A stretch of DNA of 41,010 bases from Thermoplasmata archaeon (GTDB lineage: Archaea > Thermoplasmatota > Thermoplasmata > Lutacidiplasmatales > UBA184), in NCBI GenBank assembly GCA_021828085.1, contig JAKATE010000002.1, forward strand, positions 1 to 41,010. The letters are read 5' to 3'. Below the pieces are notes generated by a model that saw only the letters and a program-made list of their open reading frames with translations, searched no databases and was not told where the DNA came from. The translations under genes and the position numbers were made by a program. Of the stretch, positions 8,964 to 17,644 are shown one piece after another. Within the stretch, counting starts at the first letter, position 1. Each line of letters begins with the position of its first letter.

Positions 8964-11900
8964 ATGGCTCCGGGAGGCCCCTCCCCGCGCCCCGACCCTC
9001 CCCTTCGTCCCGCGGGGGTCGCCCTCGCCCTCCTCGTGGTCCTCCTTCTCTCCTCCTTCGCCGGGGCTCGCCCTGCCGTCCTTCCCTCCCTCCTTGGGAG
9101 CCCTGCCCCACCCTCCACCGTGTCCGGTGCGGAGGTGAGCGGCCCGCTCGAGACCGTCACGCAGTCTCCCACCGCTCCCCTCCCAGGGGCGAAGGTCGTC
9201 GCGGACCCGGTGCCGCTCGCCGAGCGACTCCCGGTCCTGGTCACCCTGCGCTACCGGGACACTTCCGGCCTCACGACCCTGCTCGCCGGTCTCTCGAACC
9301 CCCTCTCCCCCCTCTACCATCACTACCTCACCGCGGCGGAGTTCGACGCAGAGTATTCCCCCTCCGCCACCTCCTACGCGTCCCTCCGGTCGTACCTCGC
9401 CGGCTTCGGGGCGACGGACTTCACCCCCTTCTCTGACCGGACCTCCCTCGGCTTCGTGGCTACGGCCTCGAGCCTGGAGGCGATGTTCCACGTCTCCTTC
9501 GTCGTCTACACGCGCGGGAGCGGAGACTTCCTCGCGACGTCGGGCCCGCCCCGGCTCCCCGCCTCGCTCGCCGCCGGGATCCTCCAGGTGGAGGGGCTGG
9601 ACACCGATCCGGCCCTGGGGGGAGAGGTGGTCTCGGGCCTGGCGCCCGGGCCCGCCGGTACGTCGTCCGCCCGCCCCGGGCTCTCCGGCTACCTCCCCCC
9701 GGTCACCGCCGGCGCCGTGCAGTACGAGTACGCCCCCGACTTCCAGGTGGCGTACGACGAGCTCGGTCTCTTCCAGCAGTCGGGCTTCCCCCGCAACGCC
9801 GTCATCGCCACCATCCTCTGGGCCGGGCAGTACACCGGACCGGGGGCCTCCAGCCCCTACGGGAACCTCACCAACGGGGAGGTCCTGCCGCCGTTCGTTC
9901 CCAGCGACGTGAGCAGCTTCTACAACGAGACGCTTCCACCGGGAGAGCCCGTCCCCATCGCCCGGGGCGTCCCCATCAACGGGGCCCCCGAGCCGGGTCC
10001 GCTCGCCTCGTGGGACGGGATCGGTGCCGCCTTCGAGAACACCCTCGACCTGGAGATGGCCGGCTCCACCGCCCCCGGGGCGAGGCTGTACAACGTCTAC
10101 GGCCCGACGAACAGCTTCCTCAACCTGGACGAGGCCTTCGCCACGGCGCTGAGCCCCCCTTCCAACGAGAGCGGGCTGCTCAACGTGAGCGTGATCTCGA
10201 ACTCCTGGGTGGGACAGGACGTCAACGACAGTTCCTGGTACAGCAGCCTCGAGCAGGCGCAGGCGCGGGGGATCACCGTCCTGGGCTGCTCGGGGGACTC
10301 GGGGGACAACGTGGCCAGCCCCAAGTGGTACGGCTCCCAGGTCTCCTACCCCGCGACGATGGCCTACAACGACTTTGGTACGGTGGCCGTCGGCGGCACG
10401 ACCGTCGGGCTGAGCCCGGCCCTCACGGTCGCCCAGAACATCGTCTGGAACATCTCCGCCGTGGGGGGGGCGGGGGAAGGACCCGCGGGCTCGGTGGGGG
10501 GCATCAGCCTCGCCATCCCCGAGCCTTCCTGGCAGCTCAACTCCTCCGCCAACGTCCTGCTCCAAGGGCGGGGCCGGGGGTGCCGGACCTCTCGGCGCTG
10601 GCGAACAACACCCTGATCACCCTGAGCCTCGAGGGCCACCAGTACCGGGCCACCAACGCCTCCTCGGGGCTGCCGTTCTACTACGCGTGGGGGACGAGCA
10701 TCGCCACCCCTCTCGTGGCCGGGCTCCTGGCCGACATCGACCACGTGCTCGCTTCACAAGCGCAGCCGGCGCTGGGGTTCATCGACCCGGCGCTCTACGC
10801 GCTGGCGGACGAGCAGTATGCCCCGCTGGAGAACTACTCCAGCAACGGCTACACCGTCACGGGGGCCTACAACAGCTCCCTTCCTACCCGGCCCCTCCTG
10901 CCCGTGGTCCAGGGACAGAATCTCGTCTACTCGGCCCGCTACGGCTACAGCCTGGTGGCCGGCTGGGGCTCGTTGCAGGCGTACAACTTCACCATGTACG
11001 AGATCGCCACCGGCGACCTCCCGGGCTCGCGCGGGGTCTTCGGGGTGGAGAACGTCCTCGACCTGAACGCCCTCAACGTCACCACCACCCTGCCCGGCTC
11101 GCGCGGGGGAGGGGTCAACCAGCAGTTCAACGCCTCCGTCCAGCAGAATCTCTTCCTGGCGGATCCCTTCGGTGCGCCGGTCTACTGGGTGCAGAACGTG
11201 ATCTACGTCACCTGGGTGCCCGGGGCGCCGGACGAGTTCGGCCTCACCTTCACCGGTTGGGTCGTCTACCCGTTCTACGGCCTCTACCCCACCGAGACCG
11301 TCTATGAGTACGCCGTCGGGGCCACCTACGTCCAGCGCCTCCCCGCGACGTTCGACGTGAGCACCAATCTCCTCCCGGGGACGGTCCCGGCGGTCGAGTT
11401 CTCGGTCGGCTCGAACTCGCTCACGCTGCCGGTACCGGGAGCGGCCTCGATCATCGGGAGCCTCATCTACCCGTACTCCTGGGACGGGCAGAACTACACC
11501 AACGGCCCGACGCCGAACAACCCGGGCCTGGGGGGCCTCGCCCCGCAGTTCAGCCTGGTGGGGGGACCGAGCTACGGGATCGGGAACTTCCGGAGCCCGA
11601 CCGCGGGGAGCGTGACCTCGCGCCTCCGCCCGTTCGACTCGAACACCTTCGTCAATGCCTCGGTCGCGACCTTCGGGACGAACGTCGACCAGACCGGCGA
11701 GCGCGCCTCGAACCTGAGCTGGACCGCGGGGGCCGGTGGTGCCTGGGACCTCAGCGCGTCCCCCGGTAGCACCCTCCAGGGCATCCTCTCCTACCTGCCC
11801 CCGTCGGCGATCTTCCCGGTGACCTTCCGGGAGACCGGCCTTCCCGCCGGCGCCCCCTGGTGGGTCAACATCACCGGGGTGGGCTCGTTCCAGGGCAGCG

Positions 11901-12721
11901 GCGCGGCGGTGGAGCTCTACATGCCCAATGGGACCTTCACCTACAGCGTCGCCATGGGCTCCTCGAGCTACCGGCCGGCCCCGGGGACCGGCAGCTTCAC
12001 CGTGGACGGTTCCCCGTTCGAGGCGGCCGTCGACTTCTCCCCCCAGACCTACCAGATCCGTTTCCTCGCGGTCGGCCTGCCCGCCACCGTGGGCTGGTGG
12101 CTGAACGGGACCGGCCCCCCGGTGCTCGTCCAGGGGGGATCGGTGACGCTGGACCTCAGGAACGGCACCTACCTCTACACCGCCGTTCCGGAGAACCGCT
12201 CCTGGAGGGCCTCGCCGAGCCAGGGGTACGTCGGGGTCCTGGGCGCCGATGTGAACGTCTCCGTCCCGTTCGTGCCGGTGCTCTTCCCCACCGTGTTCAC
12301 GGAGCGGGGGCTTCCCACGGGCTCGCTCTGGTCGGTGAACGTCTCGGGGACCTACGAGGCCCGGGGGAACACGACCGCCCTCACGATCGACCTCTCCAAC
12401 GGTAGCTATCGCTACCTCATCGCGGCGCCCTCGGGCTACACCCCCGCCCCGGTCAACGGCTCCCTCCGGATCGAGGGGGCGCCGGCGAACGTCAGCGTGA
12501 ACATGACGAAGAACCCGTCGGGGCCTTCCTTCCTCGGGAGGGCGCTGACCGACGTTCTCCTGGGGACCGGCGTTGCGCTGCTCCTCGTTCTCCTCGTGGT
12601 GGGAATGAGCCGGCGGCGTCGCCGTCGCCCGCCTCCCTCCCGACCGTGGTCCCCGCCCGGCCCGGGGATGCCCGAGCCGACCACGTCCTCTCCCGGGGAT
12701 CCCCCGGGGGGGACCGGTTGA
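8964..12721 (+). CDS. Membrane-anchored S53 (sedolisin/kumamolisin) peptidase fused to a thermopsin-like domain and surface repeats; split by a 1-nt frameshift at 10576-10580
   Basis: Signal peptide, pro-domain (YHHYLTAAEFDAEYSP), ENTLDLEM and SGDSG lie in the first frame. VPDLSALA, WGTSIATP, GWGS, YWVQNV and a C-terminal TM helix followed by RRRRRR lie in the second frame. Confidence 0.85.
11813..12507 (+). repeat. Three ~78-aa protein repeats (VTFxExGLPxGxxWxVN type) typical of Thermoplasmata surface proteins
   Basis: VTFRETGLPAGAPWWVN, IRFLAVGLPATVGWWLN and TVFTERGLPTGSLWSVN, each followed by an NG(T/S)(F/Y)xY motif. Confidence 0.75.
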
Positions 12722-12772
12722 GCTACCCTTCTCCTGACGGAGCGGGGCCCGTGCCGGCTCGTCCGGCGAGCG

Positions 12773-13006
12773 TCAGGCGAGGTCTCCGATCTCCCACGCC
12801 CAGCAGAGCGGGAGCTCCGGGCGTATCTCGATGCGTGGGGGGGCGCGTCCGGTCCCCCCGCAGGTGAGGCAGAGCGCCATCGTCTCCGACAGGCTCCGGG
12901 CCCCGCTATCATACTCCCAACGGCGTTCCACGCCCTCTCCCCGACAGAGGGGACAGGGGTCCGGCTCGTGGGTTTCGGTCTTCAGGTCCCTTCGAGGGGC
13001 GGCCAT
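12773..13006 (-). CDS. Small DnaJ-type zinc finger protein (2x CxxCxGxG)
   Basis: CPLCRGEG and CLTCGGTG. GGAGG SD-like site upstream and a TATA box at 13051-13057. Confidence 0.7.
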   Translation of the reverse strand: MAAPRRDLKTETHEPDPCPLCRGEGVERRWEYDSGARSLSETMALCLTCGGTGRAPPRIEIRPELPLCWAWEIGDLA

Positions 13007-13028
13007 GGCTGGTTTCCTCCGTGCTCTG

Positions 13029-13057
13029 CTAACACTAGGCGCGGGAGTGCTATTTAA
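13029..13057 (-). promoter_or_regulatory. TATA box (TTAAATA) overlapped by an imperfect inverted repeat TAACACT-N9-AGTGCTA
   Basis: Read directly from the sequence upstream of the zinc finger gene. Confidence 0.5.
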
Positions 13058-13101
13058 CGACCGCTTCCGAAGTAGCGGGAAGGGCCTGCTCGGAGACGGC
13101 T

Positions 13102-13344
13102 TCAGTCCAGGTAGCCGAGCGTCCGCAACCGCTGGGCGATCCGCTGCTCGTCCTCGGCGCTGAAAGGCTCGCCCGGGGCCGAGGTCCCCTCGACGAGGCG
13201 GGCCAGGACGAACTCGACGAACTCGTCGATGCTCCGGAACTCGCTCCCCCGGAGGCGCTCCTCGAGACGCCGGTAGAGCCCCTCCGGGAGGGTGAGCTTC
13301 CTGCGGGGGGTAGGGGGCCCTGGGGCCTGCTCCGCGGCGCTCAC
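13102..13344 (-). CDS. CopG/ribbon-helix-helix family protein
   Basis: KLTLPEGLYRRLEERL...FRSIDEFVEFVL RHH pattern and a C-terminal RLRTLGYLD. GTGA overlap with the tfb gene. Confidence 0.8.
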   Translation of the reverse strand: MSAAEQAPGPPTPRRKLTLPEGLYRRLEERLRGSEFRSIDEFVEFVLARLVEGTSAPGEPFSAEDEQRIAQRLRTLGYLD

Positions 13345-14294
13345 GGTCGGTTCGACAGGATCCGGCCGATGCGGCGGAAAGCGTGGCGCAGGGTCACGTC
13401 GGTCACCTGGGCCACCCGTGCGATGTCGCTCTGCCGGAGCGGCTCGCCGAGCTCCTGGCTGGCCAGATAGAGCGCGGCGCCGGCCAGCCCGTTCGGGGAG
13501 ACGCCCGACGTGTCCGGATCATCGGTCACCCGATCGAGCAGGTTGAGCGCCCGCGCCACGGTGCGGGAGGAGAGCTTGAGCTCCTCGGAGAAGCGGCGCA
13601 CGTAGGTGGTGAGGCCGACCGGCGGAAGGTCGAGGTTGAGCCCGCGCCTCAACGCCATGTAGGCCCGTCCGAACTCGGCCCGGGTGATCCCGGCGGCCTG
13701 GGAGACCTCGGACCACGTGCGGGGGAGCGAGTAGCGACGGCAGGCCGCGTAGACGCTGGCCGCGGCCGCCGAGGCGGCAGAGCGGCCTCGGAAGAGCTTC
13801 GCCGCCATTCCTTTGCCGAGTACCATGAGACCCGCCTGCTGGATGAGCGGAGGGAGGCCGAGCTGGAGGGAGATGCGGCGGAGGATCTCCTCCCCCTTGG
13901 CACTCCCCCCGGCGCCCGCGCGGAGCCGGCTCCCTTCCCGGGCCCTCCGACGGAGAAGACGGAAGGCCCGCTGCGCCGAGGGGGCGAGCAGCCGGCCCTG
14001 GGCGTCCCGATTGCCCGGGAACTGCGTCTCGGCCGATCGTCGGGGGGAGAAGGGGAGCTGGGCGGGGCCGTGGCCGGTCACCAGGATCCCCTTCGCGCTC
14101 TCCTTGACGGGAGCGGGGCCGAGATCGATCCGAGCGACCTCCAGGACGAGCCCGCAGACGCTGCAGACGACCTCGCCGGTCTGTACATCCTCGACGGGAC
14201 GGGGGCTGCCGCACGAGGAACAAACTCGCCCCGGCTCTTTCGGCTCCAATGGACCTACTGGGCCCGGGAAGGCCGCTTCGGGGAGGGGGCTCAT
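13341..14294 (-). CDS. tfb: Transcription initiation factor IIB paralog (divergent)
   Basis: Zn ribbon CSSC...GEVVCSVCGLV and two cyclin repeats (FRGRS...AASVYAACR; GVSPNGLAGAALYLA). Confidence 0.9.
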   Translation of the reverse strand: MSPLPEAAFPGPVGPLEPKEPGRVCSSCGSPRPVEDVQTGEVVCSVCGLVLEVARIDLGPAPVKESAKGILVTGHGPAQLPFSPRRSAETQFPGNRDAQGRLLAPSAQRAFRLLRRRAREGSRLRAGAGGSAKGEEILRRISLQLGLPPLIQQAGLMVLGKGMAAKLFRGRSAASAAAASVYAACRRYSLPRTWSEVSQAAGITRAEFGRAYMALRRGLNLDLPPVGLTTYVRRFSEELKLSSRTVARALNLLDRVTDDPDTSGVSPNGLAGAALYLASQELGEPLRQSDIARVAQVTDVTLRHAFRRIGRILSNRP

Positions 14295-14299
14295 CCCCC

Positions 14300-14839
14300 T
14301 TAAGACTTGGTGCGAACCGGTCGATCCCCCGGGGAGGGCGATACCCCGCGTCCCCGCCTCTCAGGGCCCTTCGGGTTCGGAGCAAGGGCAACCCGGCCCT
14401 GGGCCGGGCCCTGCTGCCAGGCGAGGAGCACGTACCGGAGGGAACTGAGCTCCCGGGACCTGGTGTACGCGAGCCAGTAGAGCGCGATCCCGAGCGCCGC
14501 GAGGAGCGTGACACCTCCGAAGACCAAGCCCCCCAGGCCAGGGGAGCCGGTCGCCCAACCGCTCAAGAGGAGGGCCAACGACCCGCTCACGGTGATGACC
14601 CCCAGGCCGAGGACCCGCCGGTGGAGCTGCGCCCGCGTGGCCCTCTCGATCTGGCGGGCGAGCTCGCCCCACAAGCGCGCTCCCGGGCCGTAGGAGCCGG
14701 GAAGTGCGGTCCCGCAGGCCCGGCACCGCTCGGCGGTCGCGGGGTTGCGGGAGAGGCAGTCCGCGCAGGGATTGCCCTGACCGCGGAGGGCCCTCTGCAC
14801 GCTCTCCAGCGAGGGGGAGGGACCGTCGGTCGCCGTCAT
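14300..14839 (-). CDS. Hypothetical membrane protein with N-terminal Zn ribbon and two TM helices
   Basis: CADC...NPATAERCRACG followed by two hydrophobic segments. ATG at 14839; the stop is 5 nt before the tfb start. Confidence 0.65.
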   Translation of the reverse strand: MTATDGPSPSLESVQRALRGQGNPCADCLSRNPATAERCRACGTALPGSYGPGARLWGELARQIERATRAQLHRRVLGLGVITVSGSLALLLSGWATGSPGLGGLVFGGVTLLAALGIALYWLAYTRSRELSSLRYVLLAWQQGPAQGRVALAPNPKGPERRGRGVSPSPGDRPVRTKS

Positions 14840-14885
14840 GCCGGACCCAAGGGTCCCTTCGGTACTTCCGGTCTCGCCCGTCCGG

Positions 14886-15839
14886 TCACTCCCACTCGAT
14901 CGTCGCCGGTGGCTTGTCGGTGAGGTCGAGCAGGACCCGGGTGATCCCACCGTGCGAGGCCCGGGTGATCCTCTCCGCGATCCGGCGCGCGATCTCGGGG
15001 GGGAGCGCCATGGCCGTCGCCGTCATGGCGTCCGTGGACTCCACGACGCGCACACTCGCCGCCAGCCCGTAGGTCCTCACATCCCCCTCGACACCGACGG
15101 TGCGGATCGGAAGGAGCGTGGCGAAGTACTGCCAGGGCCGCGCCAGCCGCCCCTCGTGGACCGCCTGGTCGATCTCCGCCTCCACCTCCGCGCAGGCGAC
15201 GCGGGCGAGCTCGACCCTTTCCGGCGTCACCTCCCCCACCACCCGGACCGCGAGCCCGGGGCCCGGGAAGGGTTGGCGCTCCCACTGCGGGATGCCCAGG
15301 TGACGGGCGACCTGGCGCACCTCGTCCTTGTAGAGGTCGCGTAACGGCTCGACGACGGAGAGCTTGAGGTCCTTGGGGAGCCCCCCCACGTTGTGATGGG
15401 TCTTGATCGTGTCGCGCAAGCTGCCTCCGCTCTCGATCCAGTCCGGGGCGATGGTCCCCTGGACGAGATGAGAGGCCCCGACCCTCCCCGCCTCCTCCTC
15501 GAAGAGTCGCACGAACGTCGCTCCGATCCGGCGGCGCTTCTCCTCGGGGTCGCTGACCCCCCGGAGCACGGAGAAGAACCGCTCCGCGCCCTTGAGGACG
15601 TGGAGTTCCACCCCTACCGAGGAGAGCAGGGCCTCGGTACGCTCGACCTCCCCCGCCCGGAGGAGCCCGGTGTCCACGAAGACGGCGCGCGCTCGATCCC
15701 CGAGGGCCCGCTGGGCGAGCACGGCCGCCACGGTGCTGTCGATCCCCCCCGAGGCCGCCACCACCGCCCGGTGGGGAGCGGGGAGCTGCTGACGGAGGTT
15801 CGCCAGCGCCTCCTTCTCGAAGGCGGCAGGGTCCTGCAC
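14886..15839 (-). CDS. guaAB: GMP synthase, ATP pyrophosphatase subunit B
   Basis: SGGIDS PP-loop, QGTIAPDWIES, IKTHHNV, PFPGPGLAVR and KPPATIEWE. Confidence 0.96.
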   Translation of the reverse strand: MQDPAAFEKEALANLRQQLPAPHRAVVAASGGIDSTVAAVLAQRALGDRARAVFVDTGLLRAGEVERTEALLSSVGVELHVLKGAERFFSVLRGVSDPEEKRRRIGATFVRLFEEEAGRVGASHLVQGTIAPDWIESGGSLRDTIKTHHNVGGLPKDLKLSVVEPLRDLYKDEVRQVARHLGIPQWERQPFPGPGLAVRVVGEVTPERVELARVACAEVEAEIDQAVHEGRLARPWQYFATLLPIRTVGVEGDVRTYGLAASVRVVESTDAMTATAMALPPEIARRIAERITRASHGGITRVLLDLTDKPPATIEWE

Positions 15840-15976
15840 GCGTCGGGCGAGGGAGTGGCTCGGTTAAGCCCTTCGCCCCGGTGACCGGGGCGGAGTCCTC
15901 GACGCCCGCAGGGTCTCCGCCGGGGGGCCGTCGCCTTTCTCCTTATGTCCCGGCCCCTTCCTTCCCGGCCCCGACC

Positions 15977-16702
15977 ATGCGATCCCCCTCCCCAACGGAC
16001 GGACCGTTGTCCATGCTCGGCATCACGGTCCGTCGGTCGTGGGTCACGGGGAGGTTCTTCCTGATCTACGCGTCCGGCATGTCCGCCTTCCTGGGGATCC
16101 TCCTCGCGATCTCCTCCGCCGCGAGCTTCGCGGCGAGCTATCCGCTGCTCCTCCCGATCTTCGGGGCGGTCGGTTCCATGGGGGCGCTCGCGGTCTTCTC
16201 CAGTGACCGGATCAAGGGGGTGCTCGAGTACCTCCTCGCCTACGGGGTCACGCCCCGGCGCCTCTTCGCGGACGTGCTCCTCTCCGGACTGGTGCTGGCC
16301 GCGGTCACGGTGGGGGTGGGAACGGGAGCCGGGCTCGGCGTCTACCTCGCCGAGGGGAACGCGCCCAATCTCTCCCTCGCCCTCCTCCTCGGCGGATACG
16401 GGATCCCGATGAGCTTCGCTTGCTCCGCCTTCGCGGCGACGATCGGGATGTACTGGACAGCGCTCTCCTCGCCGCGGCAGGGGATCAACAGCCCCGTCGG
16501 CCTCGCCCCCTTCCTGGGCATCCTCCCCTCGGTGGGGGTCCTGGTGGTGATCACCGCCCTCGCGGCTGCCGGAGCGCTCAGCTCGTTCGTCTTCCTCCTC
16601 GTCGTGGGGAGCGCCGTCGGGTTCGTGGCCGTCCTGGTGGGGGTCCTCCTCGGGCTGAGCTCGCGCCTGCTCCGCGAGGAGCGGCTGCTCTCCCCGGCCT
16701 AG
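15977..16702 (+). CDS. ABC-2 type transporter permease (start uncertain: 15881, 15977 or 16013)
   Basis: About six hydrophobic helices and a DRIKGVLEYLLAYG motif. Lies directly upstream of an ABC ATPase. Confidence 0.8.
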   Translation: MRSPSPTDGPLSMLGITVRRSWVTGRFFLIYASGMSAFLGILLAISSAASFAASYPLLLPIFGAVGSMGALAVFSSDRIKGVLEYLLAYGVTPRRLFADVLLSGLVLAAVTVGVGTGAGLGVYLAEGNAPNLSLALLLGGYGIPMSFACSAFAATIGMYWTALSSPRQGINSPVGLAPFLGILPSVGVLVVITALAAAGALSSFVFLLVVGSAVGFVAVLVGVLLGLSSRLLREERLLSPA

Positions 16703-16711
16703 GAGCGGAAG

Positions 16712-17602
16712 GTGGCGGCCAACCCCCTTCCCCCACACCCCGCGTCGAACAACGGCAGGAGCGCCATCGACTGCCGCTCGCTGAGCTCGGGCTACCAGGA
16801 CCATCCGGTCCTTCAGGACATCACCTTCTCCATCGACCGGCCGGCCGTCTACGTGGTCCTGGGACCCAACGGGGCCGGCAAGACCACGCTCTTCCGGACC
16901 CTTTCCGGCATCCTCCCGCCCACCCGGGGGGAGGTCCGGATCGACGGGGAACCGGTCCGCCGGCAGAGCTCGCGCAACCGCCTCCACTACCTCTCCCACC
17001 TCGACGGGATGCCGGACGGCCTCAAGGTGGGGGAAGCGCTCCACTTCTACGCCCGCGCCGAGCGGGCGGGGCCTGCGGACGTGGAGCGGGTGCTCGATCT
17101 CCTGGAGATCCGCCCGCTCCGGGACCAGTACCTCTCCCGGCTGAGCGCCGGGCAGCGCAAGCGCGTCTCCATCGCGCGGGTCTTCCTGCGCGAGCGGGAG
17201 ATCTACCTCCTCGACGAGCCGACGAGCAACCTCGACGCCAAGGCGGCGCGGGAGATCCGCGGCCGGATCCTCGAGCTCAGCCACGAGAAGATCGTGCTCT
17301 ACTCCTCCCACAACCTCTTCGAGGCGAGGGAGATCGGGGAGTACGTCCTCGCCCTGCGGGACGGTCGGCTCGCCCGCTTCGACCGGATCGAGAACCTGCG
17401 CACGAGCCGGTTCGTGGTGGGGCTGAAGCTCCTCGAGCCTTCGGCGCTCCTCGAAGGGTACCCCCGCGAGGGGGAGTACTATCTCCGCGAGCTCCCGGGC
17501 CCGGAGGAGGTGCCGACCCTGCTCCACTGGCTCGATACCCACGGGGTCCGCGTGCGCGAGGTCCGGGAGATGGGCAACCCTCTCGAGGACCTCTTCACCT
17601 AG
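16712..17602 (+). CDS. ABC transporter ATP-binding protein
   Basis: GPNGAGKT, LSAGQ, LLDEPT and SSH motifs. Confidence 0.95.
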   Translation: MAANPLPPHPASNNGRSAIDCRSLSSGYQDHPVLQDITFSIDRPAVYVVLGPNGAGKTTLFRTLSGILPPTRGEVRIDGEPVRRQSSRNRLHYLSHLDGMPDGLKVGEALHFYARAERAGPADVERVLDLLEIRPLRDQYLSRLSAGQRKRVSIARVFLREREIYLLDEPTSNLDAKAAREIRGRILELSHEKIVLYSSHNLFEAREIGEYVLALRDGRLARFDRIENLRTSRFVVGLKLLEPSALLEGYPREGEYYLRELPGPEEVPTLLHWLDTHGVRVREVREMGNPLEDLFT

Positions 17603-17644
17603 GGGACCGGCCGGTCCCACGGCAACGGGAGGCTCCGGGCCGGC

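Noticed and set aside
16700-16714. Amber readthrough or pyrrolysine fusions at in-frame TAG junctions (here, and at 2119, 29556 and 38641)
   Set aside because: In-frame junctions also occur with TGA (rpoH-rpoB, mutase-folC), and other TAG junctions are out of frame. Downstream genes have their own starts, and no pyl genes are in the window.
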